A DNA stretch of 27,666 bases from positions 1 to 27,666 of the forward strand of contig JAEOTP010000076.1 in assembly GCA_016839765.1 (NCBI GenBank), written 5' to 3'. Positions 16,566 to 25,694 of this stretch are shown one piece after another (position 1 is the stretch's first letter; every line of letters begins with the position of its first letter). A program made the translations under genes and the position numbers. This stretch comes from Promethearchaeota archaeon (GTDB taxonomy: Archaea > Asgardarchaeota > Lokiarchaeia > Sigyniarchaeales > SOKP01). A model generated the notes under the pieces. The model saw nothing but the letters and a program-made list of their open reading frames with translations. It had not been told where the DNA came from and did no database searches.

Positions 16566-18353
16566 TTGCCTTTAAAAAAGATTATAAAAAATTTAATAAA
16601 GACATTTATTATAGGAAGTGTAATTTTGTTTACGGGGCTAATTCTTACCTTTCTTCTTTTATATTTCCTCCCAATAAATCCACTTAGTCTTGATGAACCT
16701 ATGATTATAGAATTTTTATTATTTCTTGGCAGATTCTTTACTGGGGAATGGTATTCTTCTAACGTTATTATGCCTGGTATGCCAGTTACTGAATTATTGT
16801 TCGGAAGGGGGAATGTCCAAAGAACTTTTGAAGTATTACTATTACCTTTAACAGTTGGAGCAATTGCGGGAATTCTGATTGGATTACTCTCGATTAAAAC
16901 TAGAAAGAAATGGCTGAAAATAATCATTCAAATTCTTAATGTGCTTGGTTATGCGGTACCTGTAATATTACTTATGCTATTTTTCCAATTTGGGGCTTAT
17001 CTGTCGGGAAACCTGCCCTTATGGCATTTTAAAAACCCTGCTTATCCTGATCCGCCCTTTGTCACTGGCTTTCGAATATGGGATTCCATAATTGCGGGAC
17101 GATGGGATTTAGCATTAGATACGGTCGCCCATTATATATTACCAGGACTGATATTAGGTTTCACGATATCAGCTTTAGTAATAAAGATTGTTCGCATAAA
17201 TGCATTAAATAAAACGCAAAAGACCTCTATAATATATAATACTGCAAGGATAGCTCTGGTTTTTGGCTTAATATTTGGTTATGCTATATTAGTAGGTTAT
17301 CATTTTAACTTATTCGAATTCGGTATTATATTTGTACAAGGTCTACTATTTGACGATTTTTTCGTAATTCAGGCATGCCTATTTATAGTTATTATCACTG
17401 TTGTCTTGGTGACATTTGCTGCTAATATTATTTACAGTATATATCATCATATGGTAGAAAAAGAAGTGTGGCCAACTACATGGATTAGGAAAGAAAAAAG
17501 TTTACAAAAGGAAAGTTTGAATGAAGTTAGCAATAGTATAGAAAAAGAAAGGAATCCCGCATCTTTCAAAGATATTAAGACGTACTTTCTAAGAAAACTT
17601 AAATCCCCATTGACAATTATTGGTTTGATATTCTTTCTCTTTTTTGTAGTGATTTCGATTGTGCCTCAAATAATAACTCCATATAGCCTTACTGAAGCAG
17701 TAGGTTTTTATCCAGATTTTTGGGCAGCACCATCTCCAGGACATCCCTTTGGGACAGGATACCTAGGGCGAGATATATTAGCACTTATTGTGTACGGAAT
17801 ACAAGATTCATTGATTTTTGGCTTTTTAACCGTTCTGATTGGGATTGGAGGGGGCTTAATCTTTGGATATTTGGCAAATAATCGATTTTATGAAAATAAG
17901 TTTTATAGGTGGTTTGGTAGATGGGTAATAATGGGGTTCCTATTACTTTTTTACATAATGCCTTTAATTTTTCTTGTTCCAGTGATTTGGGTTGCTTTTG
18001 GGGAAACATATTCGACTTTATTAATCTTTATTGGCATATTATTAATCCCATTGTTTACATGGATATTTGTTAAAACAGACTATAAAACTTTTGAAATCCT
18101 TAAAAAATTGATTATTTACATTCCGTTATTCGTTGGGTTTACTGTATTAATTTATGTAACACTAGGGTTCTTAGGATTTTATGATCAAAATATACTTCAT
18201 CAGTTAGGTAGAACTATGATGGAGGGAAGGGGGCATATAATAGACGCCCCTTGGGCAACAATTAGACCAGCAACAACCCTTTTTCTTCTAACTTTAGGAT
18301 TATTTCTTTTACACGAGGGACTCCAAGATTATCCAAGACATTCAAGGCAGTAA
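16566..18353 (+). CDS. Fused DppB-DppC-like ABC peptide/nickel permease
   Basis: DppB half: PVTELL, RTFEVL, GYAVPV, PPFVTGFRIWDSIIAG and HYILPG. DppC half: APSPGHPFGTGYLGRDILALIVYG, LGFLG and APWATIRP. TTG start downstream of GAGGGTG. Confidence 0.82.
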   Translation: MPLKKIIKNLIKTFIIGSVILFTGLILTFLLLYFLPINPLSLDEPMIIEFLLFLGRFFTGEWYSSNVIMPGMPVTELLFGRGNVQRTFEVLLLPLTVGAIAGILIGLLSIKTRKKWLKIIIQILNVLGYAVPVILLMLFFQFGAYLSGNLPLWHFKNPAYPDPPFVTGFRIWDSIIAGRWDLALDTVAHYILPGLILGFTISALVIKIVRINALNKTQKTSIIYNTARIALVFGLIFGYAILVGYHFNLFEFGIIFVQGLLFDDFFVIQACLFIVIITVVLVTFAANIIYSIYHHMVEKEVWPTTWIRKEKSLQKESLNEVSNSIEKERNPASFKDIKTYFLRKLKSPLTIIGLIFFLFFVVISIVPQIITPYSLTEAVGFYPDFWAAPSPGHPFGTGYLGRDILALIVYGIQDSLIFGFLTVLIGIGGGLIFGYLANNRFYENKFYRWFGRWVIMGFLLLFYIMPLIFLVPVIWVAFGETYSTLLIFIGILLIPLFTWIFVKTDYKTFEILKKLIIYIPLFVGFTVLIYVTLGFLGFYDQNILHQLGRTMMEGRGHIIDAPWATIRPATTLFLLTLGLFLLHEGLQDYPRHSRQ

Positions 18354-18420
18354 TATCCATTTTTAAAATTTCTTTTTTTTTTTAGTAAATGCTATTAACA
18401 AAACTAAGTTGGAACTTTTG

Positions 18421-19323
18421 TTATTTCTCCAGGTTTTTATCGTTCTGAATGGTTAGACTATTTTTTTTCCATAGAAATGAAGAAATTATTCCTATAAAAA
18501 CTATTAATAGCGGATAGATAATAACTTCCAGTAGCGATGGATTGGCATTATATCCAAATAGAGTTTTTAATAATGAACCTATAATTTCAAGGAATTCTGG
18601 TGTTGCTGGATTACCATCGGGAAAACTTTCTGGCAAAATCGATTTTATATTCCAAACTTCTTCAATTATAGGATTTATAAGTCCCGCTTCTATTAATTCA
18701 TGAATGCCATATGTTATTAAGCCCGCAGCAAATAAAATCAGCATAACATTCGTTATTTTAAAGAATTTAGTTAGGTTGATGGATTTAATCCCATAGAAAG
18801 TTAAAATGCCAATTAAAGCAGAAATCGATAATCCAATCAAAGAACCAATAATTACATCTATTTGATTCAGGGAGCCAACTGAAGTTGCTCCAGTTAAAAG
18901 AAGTACTAATTCAATTCCTTCTCTTATAATTATAACAAAAGTTAGAATCGTAATTGAAAAAACCTTTTGCGTTTCAATTGATAGTACAATTCGATTTTCA
19001 ATGCTTTCCTTTAATTTAGGACCTTCTTTACTCATCCACAAGATTAAGGTTATAATAAAAATTCCTGAAATAATAAACGTAAATCCTTCAAAAATTTCTT
19101 CTAGAGTTCCACTAAAGCCTCCAAAAAAACTATTGAATAATATGGCGAATAAGATACTCACGATAATAGCCAATACGCCACCAAGAAAAACATATTTGTA
19201 ATAGTAGTTTTGATTTGAATTTTTTAGGTATAGAATTATTATGACGATAACTAAAACTGCTTCTAACCCTTCTCTAAATGCTAGAAATATCGGGACTGCC
19301 AGATCTACAATCGAAAATATCAT
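18421..19323 (-). CDS. FTR1/EfeU family iron permease
   Basis: Two REGxE motifs (FREGLEA, IREGIEL), AAGLITYGIHEL and LFGY; multiple TM helices. Confidence 0.93.
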   Translation of the reverse strand: MIFSIVDLAVPIFLAFREGLEAVLVIVIIILYLKNSNQNYYYKYVFLGGVLAIIVSILFAILFNSFFGGFSGTLEEIFEGFTFIISGIFIITLILWMSKEGPKLKESIENRIVLSIETQKVFSITILTFVIIIREGIELVLLLTGATSVGSLNQIDVIIGSLIGLSISALIGILTFYGIKSINLTKFFKITNVMLILFAAGLITYGIHELIEAGLINPIIEEVWNIKSILPESFPDGNPATPEFLEIIGSLLKTLFGYNANPSLLEVIIYPLLIVFIGIISSFLWKKNSLTIQNDKNLEK

Positions 19324-19384
19324 AATCTTATCAAATATTTTAACCTGTTTACTAAGAATTAAATATGTAAAAATAATAAAAATT

Positions 19385-19398
19385 TTAGGCTTATCTAA
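19385..19398. promoter_or_regulatory. Candidate DtxR/MntR-type metal-repressor operator
   Basis: TTAGGCTTATCTAA (TTAG-N6-CTAA), about 60 nt upstream of the FTR1 start, in the FTR1/GDT1 divergent region. Confidence 0.45.
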
Positions 19399-19597
19399 TA
19401 TAAGTAAATTTTTAGTTATAAATGAAAAATTGTATCTTATTTCTATAAAATTTTATTATCTAAAATTCTATTTTTAATGGTTAAATAGGAGTAATATATT
19501 TTAAAGTCTCTACATATCCAAATAAAAATCAAAAAAGTTAACTATAATGATTTTAATAAATCAAAAAGTTTATCAATTTCCTTTAATTTCAATTACC

Positions 19598-20242
19598 ATG
19601 GACGTATTTGCAATTTTAATCATCTATGGAACTTTATTTCTTATGGAATTAGGGGATAAAACGCAATTAATAGTATTTAATCTTGCTTTAGAGTACAAAA
19701 AGTTCTATAAAGTAGGTATAGGAGCTAGTATTGGATTTGCTTTAATAGTTACCATTGGAGTTTTCTTCGGAGCAATCATAGCTGAGTTAGTTCCTTCCTT
19801 TATCATATCGATTGTATCAGGAATTATATTTATATTAATTGGCCTTCTAGAGGCGCGTTCTCTTAAATCACTTTATTTTGATAGAAAGAATAAAAGTAAA
19901 GAAATTATTGAAAGTAAAAATGAAGAAAAAAAAGAAAATCAAGAAAATAATAAGAAATTACGATTTACAAAATTAAGGAAAAATCCTTATTTAGCAGGAT
20001 TTGGTTTTATTTTCCTTATGGAGCTTGGAGATAAAACCCAAATAGCCACAATTTCCTTTGCTTCAACAAAACCTCTAATAGAAGTGTGGATTGGTTCATT
20101 TCTTGCTCTGATTACAGTAGCATGGATGGGAATTTTGATAGGTGCTTCAATTGCGAAAAAAGTTCCAAAATTTTATCTAAAATTGCTATCTGTATTAATT
20201 TTTATAATAGTTGGGATTATAACTATTATTAATTCTCTCTAA
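19598..20242 (+). CDS. TMEM165/GDT1 (UPF0016) Mn2+/Ca2+ transporter
   Basis: Two ELGDKTQ motifs separated by a charged loop. ATG at 19598 is preferred over 19547. Confidence 0.93.
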   Translation: MDVFAILIIYGTLFLMELGDKTQLIVFNLALEYKKFYKVGIGASIGFALIVTIGVFFGAIIAELVPSFIISIVSGIIFILIGLLEARSLKSLYFDRKNKSKEIIESKNEEKKENQENNKKLRFTKLRKNPYLAGFGFIFLMELGDKTQIATISFASTKPLIEVWIGSFLALITVAWMGILIGASIAKKVPKFYLKLLSVLIFIIVGIITIINSL

Positions 20243-21150
20243 ACTTTACAAAATTCAGGGTCATTAATTGATATTAGTTGTAAAGTTGATTCAATGACAT
20301 TATATTTTTCGATTAAATAATTATTAATCTTAGAAACTAAGCTACCTTGATTATTATTCAAATTTTTATCATCTACTTTTATATAGGCCGAAAAAACTAA
20401 CATATCTGGAGTAATAGTCCATAAATGAACGTTATATAGGTCAATAATCTCTTGAAAATCTTGTTTTAATTCTTCACTAATGATATCGATATTCATTCCT
20501 TTTGGGGTCATTTCTAACAAAATTCTTGTTGAATCCCTTAAAACACTCCAAGCCCAGTAAAGAATTAGAACCGATATTCCTAAACTAACCAAAGGGTCAA
20601 GTATATTTAATCCAGTATAATAAATTATAATTGAAGCAATAACAATCCCTATCGATGATGCTGCATCAGCAATCATGTGGTAAAATACACTTTTTACATT
20701 CAGATTCTTATCTTGACTTCCCCGCAAGATAATAACACTTGTTATGTTAACGTTTAAGCCAATCAAAGCAATAATGAACATATAAAATCCAAAAACTTCT
20801 TCAGGATTAATAAATCTAAGAATTGCCTCATAAACCATTATTCCAACAATTGGTAAAAGAAAAAGACCATTAATAAATGCTGCTAAGACTTCTGCGCGAA
20901 AGAGACCAAATGTTTTATGATGACATGGTGGTTTTCTAGCAATAAAAATAGCTAATAAGCTTATTCCAATCGCAAAAGAATGAGTAAACATATGACCCGC
21001 ATCACTTAGTAAGGCGATACTGTTAGTCATTAGACCCCCAATTATTTCTAAAATCATAACTGTAGATGTAATTATTAAGGATAAGAGTAATTTTTTCTTT
21101 ACTACCGAACGAAATTGGAATAAATGCTGGGAAAATGCATTTTTACTCAT
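20239..21150 (-). CDS. czcD: Cation diffusion facilitator (CzcD/ZitB-like)
   Basis: NSIALLSDAGHM, TFGLFRAEVLAAFING, NLNVKSVFYHMIAD, LDP, ILLE and VHLWTIT. Confidence 0.9.
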   Translation of the reverse strand: MSKNAFSQHLFQFRSVVKKKLLLSLIITSTVMILEIIGGLMTNSIALLSDAGHMFTHSFAIGISLLAIFIARKPPCHHKTFGLFRAEVLAAFINGLFLLPIVGIMVYEAILRFINPEEVFGFYMFIIALIGLNVNITSVIILRGSQDKNLNVKSVFYHMIADAASSIGIVIASIIIYYTGLNILDPLVSLGISVLILYWAWSVLRDSTRILLEMTPKGMNIDIISEELKQDFQEIIDLYNVHLWTITPDMLVFSAYIKVDDKNLNNNQGSLVSKINNYLIEKYNVIESTLQLISINDPEFCKV

Positions 21151-21276
21151 AATTTTTCACATTACCTTTTTCTAATTAAAATTAAATCAAATATATCTAA
21201 TAAAATGACTGTTTATTAAATAAAAAAAATTAGATAAGAAGCAAAAAAGAAAAATAGTATTAAAATTTAAAAGAAT

Positions 21277-21513
21277 TTATTTGACTGCTTCAAAATATAT
21301 ATACCAGACTTCATCATCTTCTAGATAGTCTGTTCCTAAATGCTTGTGTTTTGTTTTGGCCAGATCACGTGGAACTGATTCACTTGCTGGTTTATAATCC
21401 GTAATTACCTTCAAAACCGTTCCAGGTCTCATTTTCATAAGTTGTTTTTTTGTTTTAAGTGCCGGTACAGGGCATACTAACCCACAAACATTTAATTCCT
21501 GATCAAAATTCAT
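21277..21513 (-). CDS. tusA: TusA/SirA-family sulfur carrier
   Basis: LNVCGLVCPVPALKTKK...GTVLKVITD; AAGGAG ribosome-binding site upstream. Confidence 0.88.
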   Translation of the reverse strand: MNFDQELNVCGLVCPVPALKTKKQLMKMRPGTVLKVITDYKPASESVPRDLAKTKHKHLGTDYLEDDEVWYIYFEAVK

Positions 21514-21545
21514 ATTTTTTTCTCCTTAATTTTTTTAATTTTTAT

Positions 21546-24014
21546 TTAGGTACATAATATTGAAAATAAAGGCTCATCCATTTCAGGTTCTGCTTTAATT
21601 TCTAACTGCATTAACTGAGCTAACCTAAGAGCTTCATATCTTACTTTCTTAGGATCAAGACCGGTTTGTTGAGCAATATCAGTAATAGTACTTGGACCCT
21701 GAAGTGAAATATAATCTAAAACTTGCTGTCTTGGAGTTTTTTCAAAGTTCATTAGTTCACGTTTTGATTTCAGGTTAATCGCATTTTTTATCTCTTCTTC
21801 ATTAGCTTCTCTTTGTTCAAACAAACCTTTTTCAATTGCTTGATCAACGAGCGTTTTACCCCGTTCTGTCCAAGCAATTACTGTTGTATAACCCTCTTTT
21901 GAACCAACTTCACCAGCAGTGAGATCTGAATATATTGCTGGAAAATCTTGACAATGAGAACAGAAATGGTTGCAACTTAGACATCTTCGTGCTTCTTGCA
22001 ACGCCATATCTTCGTTGAATATTTTATCAATTTCTTCAAAGGTCCAGTTTATTTCTTCAGTAGCTTCTTCTAAAGTTTCTGGTTTTAATGAATAATCTTT
22101 TGGAGGCTTTTTAGGCCCTATAAAAAAGGCATTCTCTTTTTTATATCTTCCTTCAATTAAATTTTCTCCTTTCAAATATCTGTCAATTGAGATTGCTGCC
22201 TCCTTTCCATGAGATATTGCGGCAATTGCTACAGCTTTAGAGTTATTGATGATATCTCCACCAGCAAAAACTCCTGGAATGTTTGTTTCGAATGTGACTT
22301 CGTTTACTTTAATTTTATTTCGCTCTTTTTCTAATTTTTTATTGGTAGCAGCATCAATCTGCTCAAAATCTACAGCTTGACCAACCGCTATTACAATAGA
22401 ATCAACGGGTATTTCATAATCTGAACCTTCAAGCTCATTTAATGGTTTTCTCCCGTTTTCATCAGGAGCGCCCCATTCGATATGATAACAGTTCAAAACC
22501 AGCTCACCTTTGTCGTTCTGAGTAACTTTTGAAGTTGATGTAGTGAAATGATATTCCATAAATGCTATTTCATTTTCAGGAATATCTTTTATTACCAATT
22601 CGAGTTGCTCTCCTGACATGATATCAACAAGGTGGATTTTTTCAGCACCTAATCTAAGAGCAGTTTGAGCAACATCAACAGCAACAGGACCACCACCGAT
22701 TATGCCTAAGGTCTTTCCTTTGAACTCTTCCTTATTTTCCCAGAATCGATATTTTCTATCCATTAAGAAATTAATTGCTACATACACATCTGGTAGATTT
22801 TCTCCTTCTAAATGTAAGGTACGAGGTTTATACTGTCCAGTTGCAATAAAGATGGCCTCAAACCCATCATTTTTTAAATTATCAATAGACATTTCAGGGC
22901 CTAAAGGCTTATTGAGTACAACTTCGACACCAGAATCTACAATCCTACCTACATCATAATCTAATACATAATTTGGTAATCTAAATTGTGGTACACCGAA
23001 TCTTAGCATTCCTCCAGTTTGATCTGTCTTCTCAAAAATTGTGGGAGCATAACCCATTCTCCTTAAGAAATATGCCGCTGTTAATCCAGCTGGTCCAGAT
23101 CCAATAATTGCTACTTTTTTGGCATTTTTAATTAATTTAGCTTTTGTTTTTGAAGTGTTTTTTGATCTTTCAATTTCCCATTCGGTAACAAATTTCTTTA
23201 ATTCACGAATTGCAACAGGATGATCATCTCCAATTAAAGTGCAGCCATGTTCACATTCATTTGTACAAATTCTTCCACATATAGAGGGAAGTGGATTTCT
23301 TTCTCTAATTAGGTCTACCGCGTCTTGATATTTCCCTTGACGAATTAATGAAATATATCCTTGAGCATTAACACCAGAAGGACAGCCACTGCAACATGGA
23401 GAACATATTAATCCTTTATCTGTTTGTTCAGTTCTCATTTGAGAACTACAGAACAATCCAATTTTTAAAATTTCTCGATTCATATCTTCTTCAAGTTCAG
23501 CAGCTCCACGCATTTCACATGGCACACCGACAATACCAATTGGATCAAATGTTTCACCCGTGAGTTCTACTAATCTTTGTAGGACGCCAGATCTACCATA
23601 AATAACACCAGCTTTTTGAACTACTTCATTAGGATCTGAAACTATTTCAGCGGTAGGTTTCTCATCTTCCTCTTGAACCATAACAATCTCTTTTAGAGAC
23701 TCGTTTTCTAATAATTCTTTCGCAAAAGTAGTTACAAATCCTCCACTTGAAGCCTTAGCTAATACTTTAGGATCTTTGCTCCTTAAAGAATAAATGGCGA
23801 GAGGTTGCTTCTCTTTAAATTTCTTTTGGATTACTTGGGGGCAATTCTGATAACATTTTCCACAAGCTTGTCCATCTCTTTCCAAAATACAATAATCTTT
23901 CAATGTGGGACGTCTAACTTCCATTTCAATATGCTTACACGAGCCAGCACATAATCCACATCCTTGACAAAGACCAGCATCTACAATTTCTTCTCTTAAT
24001 AATTCAAAACTCAT
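21546..24014 (-). CDS. Ferredoxin-FrhB (F420-binding) protein with an inserted GltD/NfnB-type FAD/NAD(P) oxidoreductase and C-terminal HTH
   Basis: Ferredoxin CQGCGLCAGSC/CGKCYQNCP. FrhB motifs SSGGFVT, GIVGVPCE, KIGLFC, and later CSHCQDF...SDLTAGEVGS..GYTTV. GltD motifs PCCSGCP, CGRICTNECE, IIGSGPAG, GGMLRFGVP, IGGG, FAGGD and EARRCLSC. Confidence 0.85.
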   Translation of the reverse strand: MSFELLREEIVDAGLCQGCGLCAGSCKHIEMEVRRPTLKDYCILERDGQACGKCYQNCPQVIQKKFKEKQPLAIYSLRSKDPKVLAKASSGGFVTTFAKELLENESLKEIVMVQEEDEKPTAEIVSDPNEVVQKAGVIYGRSGVLQRLVELTGETFDPIGIVGVPCEMRGAAELEEDMNREILKIGLFCSSQMRTEQTDKGLICSPCCSGCPSGVNAQGYISLIRQGKYQDAVDLIRERNPLPSICGRICTNECEHGCTLIGDDHPVAIRELKKFVTEWEIERSKNTSKTKAKLIKNAKKVAIIGSGPAGLTAAYFLRRMGYAPTIFEKTDQTGGMLRFGVPQFRLPNYVLDYDVGRIVDSGVEVVLNKPLGPEMSIDNLKNDGFEAIFIATGQYKPRTLHLEGENLPDVYVAINFLMDRKYRFWENKEEFKGKTLGIIGGGPVAVDVAQTALRLGAEKIHLVDIMSGEQLELVIKDIPENEIAFMEYHFTTSTSKVTQNDKGELVLNCYHIEWGAPDENGRKPLNELEGSDYEIPVDSIVIAVGQAVDFEQIDAATNKKLEKERNKIKVNEVTFETNIPGVFAGGDIINNSKAVAIAAISHGKEAAISIDRYLKGENLIEGRYKKENAFFIGPKKPPKDYSLKPETLEEATEEINWTFEEIDKIFNEDMALQEARRCLSCNHFCSHCQDFPAIYSDLTAGEVGSKEGYTTVIAWTERGKTLVDQAIEKGLFEQREANEEEIKNAINLKSKRELMNFEKTPRQQVLDYISLQGPSTITDIAQQTGLDPKKVRYEALRLAQLMQLEIKAEPEMDEPLFSILCT

Positions 24015-24016
24015 CC

Positions 24017-25252
24017 TTATCCCTCTTTAATTTTAATTTCTTTTACAATACCAATTGGATCAATTGTAAATTCAACTGAACCATTCTTATATGTTCCTTC
24101 GACCACCTCAAAAACGTGGCTTTTATATTCTTCAAAATCATCATTATCATCAATTTGTGACCTAAATCCTCCAAAGAATACATTGGATAAATTCATGTTT
24201 CCAGCAATTTTACGAATTTCTTTAGTAATTTTCTTATATTGTTCTGGATCCTTACTCTGAATTGTTTTTTGAAGTTCATCTTCAAATTTTAACAATTGTT
24301 TTCGATAATTTTTAGCCTTTTCACTTAATTCAATATTATTAGCTTTTTCGTAAGATTCGATTATTTTTAGTGTTAATGAGATTGAATGATCTCCCCCTAA
24401 TAACCCAGAAATTAAAGGTAATTCTTCAATAAGCCTTCCTGTAAAAACATCCTCTAATAAGTTACCATTTGAAGGAATTCGACCTTTTGGTAATCCTGAT
24501 GTTGATAAAGTAAATCTAAAGAAATTACCTACTATATCGGGTACCCTTTCAGTTACATCATCATCCTTGTCTGCTAATTTATCAGTTGCTCCTTTTTCAG
24601 AATGTTCAGTTGCAACTTCAATATTTCCCATAAGAGTTCCAAACATTCCTAACATTCTGATCCCAGAACGTTCTATAATTGGTTTACAACCTCTACATGG
24701 AGCATTATAGTCAATACATCGTTCTTTACATTCTCTTGAGACAAAACCATTACAAAGATATCCGAGATCGTTAAAACATGTCTCAGTATCTTCTAAGTCA
24801 ATTTGCCGTTTTACGTCATCTAAGTAATCACATGTTTTTCGCCTTCCGCATACAATACAGAGATTTTTTAAGTTTGGGAGATCAGCCTCTTCAATCTCTA
24901 GTTTTAATTCTTCAATTTCCCCTAAGCAACCATTAATACTAATTGAACCTTCAATAATTTTATTTAAAGGAGTTACTTCATGACCTTTTTGATTAGCAAG
25001 AGCAAAAATCCCTCCAGTTGTAGCACAGTTTCCATAAGCAATCACTTTTCCTGAATTTGTTCTAATTTTATTTAAAGTATTCTTATTCTCTGGTAGTAAA
25101 AATCCAGTGATTATTGATACATCAGTCTTTTCTTCTTTCCAATTTTGAGGATCTTGTATAAATTCTACTTTATATTTTGATTCTCCCTTTAAGAGAATCG
25201 TCTCATAAAAGCATTTATTACATCCGTTAAACTGGAATATTCTAACATTCAT
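24017..25252 (-). CDS. MvhG/HoxY-like [NiFe]-hydrogenase small-subunit homolog with C-terminal extension
   Basis: GCNKC, YGNCATTGG, NGC, LCIVC, CFNDLGYLCNG, RCIDYNAPCRGC and PDIVGNFFRFTL, then about 160 extra residues. Confidence 0.78.
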   Translation of the reverse strand: MNVRIFQFNGCNKCFYETILLKGESKYKVEFIQDPQNWKEEKTDVSIITGFLLPENKNTLNKIRTNSGKVIAYGNCATTGGIFALANQKGHEVTPLNKIIEGSISINGCLGEIEELKLEIEEADLPNLKNLCIVCGRRKTCDYLDDVKRQIDLEDTETCFNDLGYLCNGFVSRECKERCIDYNAPCRGCKPIIERSGIRMLGMFGTLMGNIEVATEHSEKGATDKLADKDDDVTERVPDIVGNFFRFTLSTSGLPKGRIPSNGNLLEDVFTGRLIEELPLISGLLGGDHSISLTLKIIESYEKANNIELSEKAKNYRKQLLKFEDELQKTIQSKDPEQYKKITKEIRKIAGNMNLSNVFFGGFRSQIDDNDDFEEYKSHVFEVVEGTYKNGSVEFTIDPIGIVKEIKIKEG

Positions 25253-25694
25253 CTTTGAAAGTCCCCTCCTCTCTAATTGCAGTTGCTAATCGTTCTACAA
25301 TATCTTCAAAATCTCCGACAGCTGTTTCTCCTTCGGCAGCTCGAGAAGTATATTGATTAACAAATTGATCACTATAACCTAACTCTTTAAATAACTTTTT
25401 CATTAATTTTATTCTATGCATTGATAAAATATTCCCATTAAAGAAATGACATGCCCCTAAACAGCAGCCAACGCACGCAACTGCGTCTGCTCCATTGCTT
25501 AAGGCATCCATAATTTGAATGGGACCAACTTGACCAGTACATTGTACTCGAACTATCCGAATTGCAGGATTATAAGCCATTCGAGCTACGCCAGCTGTAT
25601 TTGCTGAACCTTGCCCACATTCATTGCACATAAAAATTACAATATTTTCCATCTTTTCAAGTACTTCTGGTTCAATATATTCACATTCACTCAT
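25242..25694 (-). CDS. mvhD: MvhD/FlxD [2Fe-2S] subunit
   Basis: IFMCNEC, IRIVRVQCTG and GADAVACVGCCLGACHFFNGN. ATG at 25694 overlaps the hdrA end and follows GGAGGTG. Confidence 0.88.
   Translation of the reverse strand: MSECEYIEPEVLEKMENIVIFMCNECGQGSANTAGVARMAYNPAIRIVRVQCTGQVGPIQIMDALSNGADAVACVGCCLGACHFFNGNILSMHRIKLMKKLFKELGYSDQFVNQYTSRAAEGETAVGDFEDIVERLATAIREEGTFKDEC

Noticed and set aside
21546-24014. Simple annotation as glutamate synthase small subunit (gltD)
   Set aside because: There is no gltB nearby, and the GltD-like part is only an internal module flanked by FrhB sequence.
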